A stretch of DNA of 64,000 nt from positions 186,001 to 250,000 of the forward strand of contig NIVC01001195.1 in assembly GCA_002269645.1 (NCBI GenBank), written 5' to 3'. Under the pieces are notes generated by a model. The model was not told the origin of the DNA, did not search any database, and saw only the letters and a program-made list of their open reading frames with translations. The first letter of the stretch is position 1; every line of letters begins with the position of its first letter. This DNA is from Macrostomum lignano (lineage: Eukaryota). Made by a program: the position numbers and the translations under genes. Positions 62,456 through 64,000 of this stretch are shown piece by piece.

Positions 62456-64000
62456 ATGACTAAGCTCCACGCTGCCAAAGGAGCGACATTCTGTCTGCAA
62501 ATAAATTTACAGCATTGCGTATCTGCGTCAGTAAATCTGATGAAGATTGCTGAGCTGTACAGGCCAGGCCTCATCCTGATCCAGGAACCCTGGATGCGCA
62601 ACGGTAAGTTGCCCAACATTCCCTCTGGCTACTCTGATTTTTATGTGTGTGGCCCGGGAACAGCCGCCCTAGAGCGGCTATCCTCGCTGCTAGCCATCTC
62701 CAGGCTTGGCTGAGGACTGATCTCTCTGATGGAGACCTTTGCGTCATCCAATCTAATCATTTCTCTCCGCGTACGTGTCTTGTTGCCTCGGTTTATATCC
62801 CAGGCGACAGAGACCCTGCTCCGAGAGTTTACTGCGCCTTGCGCAGTACTGCGAGTCCCAGAACGCTGAGCTGTGCTTAGGGGGCGACCTCAACGCGCAC
62901 CACAAGCACTGGGGCAGCAAAGATACCAACACTAGAGGAGAGGAGCTTCTGGCCCTCATCTCTAACACAAACCTCATGCTCTGCAACCGCGGCAGCACTC
63001 CTACCTTTAATAATGGCAGATGGACCGAGGTCCTCGACGCCACACTCGTTACCCCAAGACTCTTTGACAGAGTCAAGGAGTGGAGAGTCTGGTCTGAGGA
63101 GCCCTCCCTGTCTGACCACTGCTTTATCGCCTTTAATATCGCGGACACTAAAACCCAGTCTCCGATCACTTGGAGACGCAATATCCGCAACACTGATTGG
63201 GCGGCCTACAAGGCTGCCCTTGATCTGCACCTGCAGGAACTCACGGACTTACGTCCGATTGAGACCTGCGAGGATGTGGATCATATGGCTGAGACGCTGA
63301 CAGGTTGCATTATTGCAGCCTACGAAGCGGCTTGTCCTGCTCGCGCCTACAGAGGCAAGACCTCGGCGCCGTGGTGGAACCCGGAGCTGGGGAAACTCAG
63401 GCGGAAGGCCAAAAGCCTTCATCGCCGTGCCATGAAGACCGGAAACCCGGAGGACATGGAGCTTTTCCGGCAAGCCTCCCGCAATTTCAAATCTGAAGTG
63501 CGCAAGGCCAAGGAATGTAAGTGGCGCCAATTCTGCAATGAATTGGATCAAGACAGACCTACTTCTAGGCTTGTCAAGGCCCTTACAATGGACAAAATGT
63601 CCAAATTAGCCATGATCAAAAAAGATGATGGCTCTCTTACTAAAGACCCTGAAGAAGTGCTTCAGCATATGCTTAGCACATTCTTCCCGAGGGTACCTAC
63701 TGCTAGACCGGAGCCCAACCATTCGATGGATGGAGCCACCCTAGCGGCGGGCATTGTCACTGAAGACCTAATCGCTCGTGCGGTCAGAACCTTCAAACCC
63801 TTCAAATCTCCTGGACCTGATGGTATCTACCCTGTTCTCCTTCGTGAAGCAGCCAAGATACCCTCGTTCCTGAGACTCACCCGCAATCTTATGCGGGCCT
63901 CTATCCAGCTGGGATACGTTCCCAAAAGCTGGACTGAAGCTCGAGTAGTCTTTATTCCCAAACCTGGGAAGGGTGACTACCAAAGCGTCAAGGCCTTCCG
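62456..64000 (+). CDS. Retrotransposon ORF2 (APE endonuclease + N-terminal part of reverse transcriptase), partial
   Basis: APE motifs QINLQH, LIQEPW, ASVYIP, GGDLNAHHKHWGS, TFNNG, LDATLV, SDHCFI; linker APWWNPEL. Two 1-nt deletions (62656-58, 62821-22), then an open frame to the window end. Confidence 0.9.

Larger units (their letters stand above)
60430..64000 (+). mobile_element. Non-LTR retrotransposon, LOA/R1-group (Lian/Baggins-like), truncated by the window end
   Basis: ~480-nt GC-rich 5' UTR (5' boundary approximate), ORF1, then ORF2 with an AP endonuclease and the start of RT. The segments PFKSPGPDGIYPVLL and VVFIPKPGKGDYQSVKAFR are characteristic of LOA-type elements. Confidence 0.85.

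Overview
Eukaryotic (animal) genomic DNA. The GC-rich exons, short AT-rich introns and minisatellite-filled long introns suggest a free-living flatworm such as Macrostomum (inference, not verified). Spliced genes reconstructed by hand with consistent intron phases: an orphan gene (-, ~1.1-3.5 kb), a cAMP-receptor-like/GPR157-family 7TM receptor (+, 8 exons), an ANKRD63-like ankyrin protein (+), a candidate insulin-like peptide (+, 3 exons), glutamate decarboxylase (+, 8 exons) and semaphorin-5 (-, ~15 exons). A LOA-clade non-LTR retrotransposon runs off the right end. About 35 distinct tandem arrays account for nearly all long ORFs in the supplied track, and those ORFs are judged non-coding. 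Most notable: (1) the arrays sit against splice sites with a strand polarity, and two are in-frame ladders of repeated splice donors or acceptors; (2) an insulin-like peptide that the ORF track misses appears to have lost both cysteines of one canonical disulfide. Several single-base frameshifts in homopolymers suggest assembly indel errors, which limits conclusions about disrupted reading frames.
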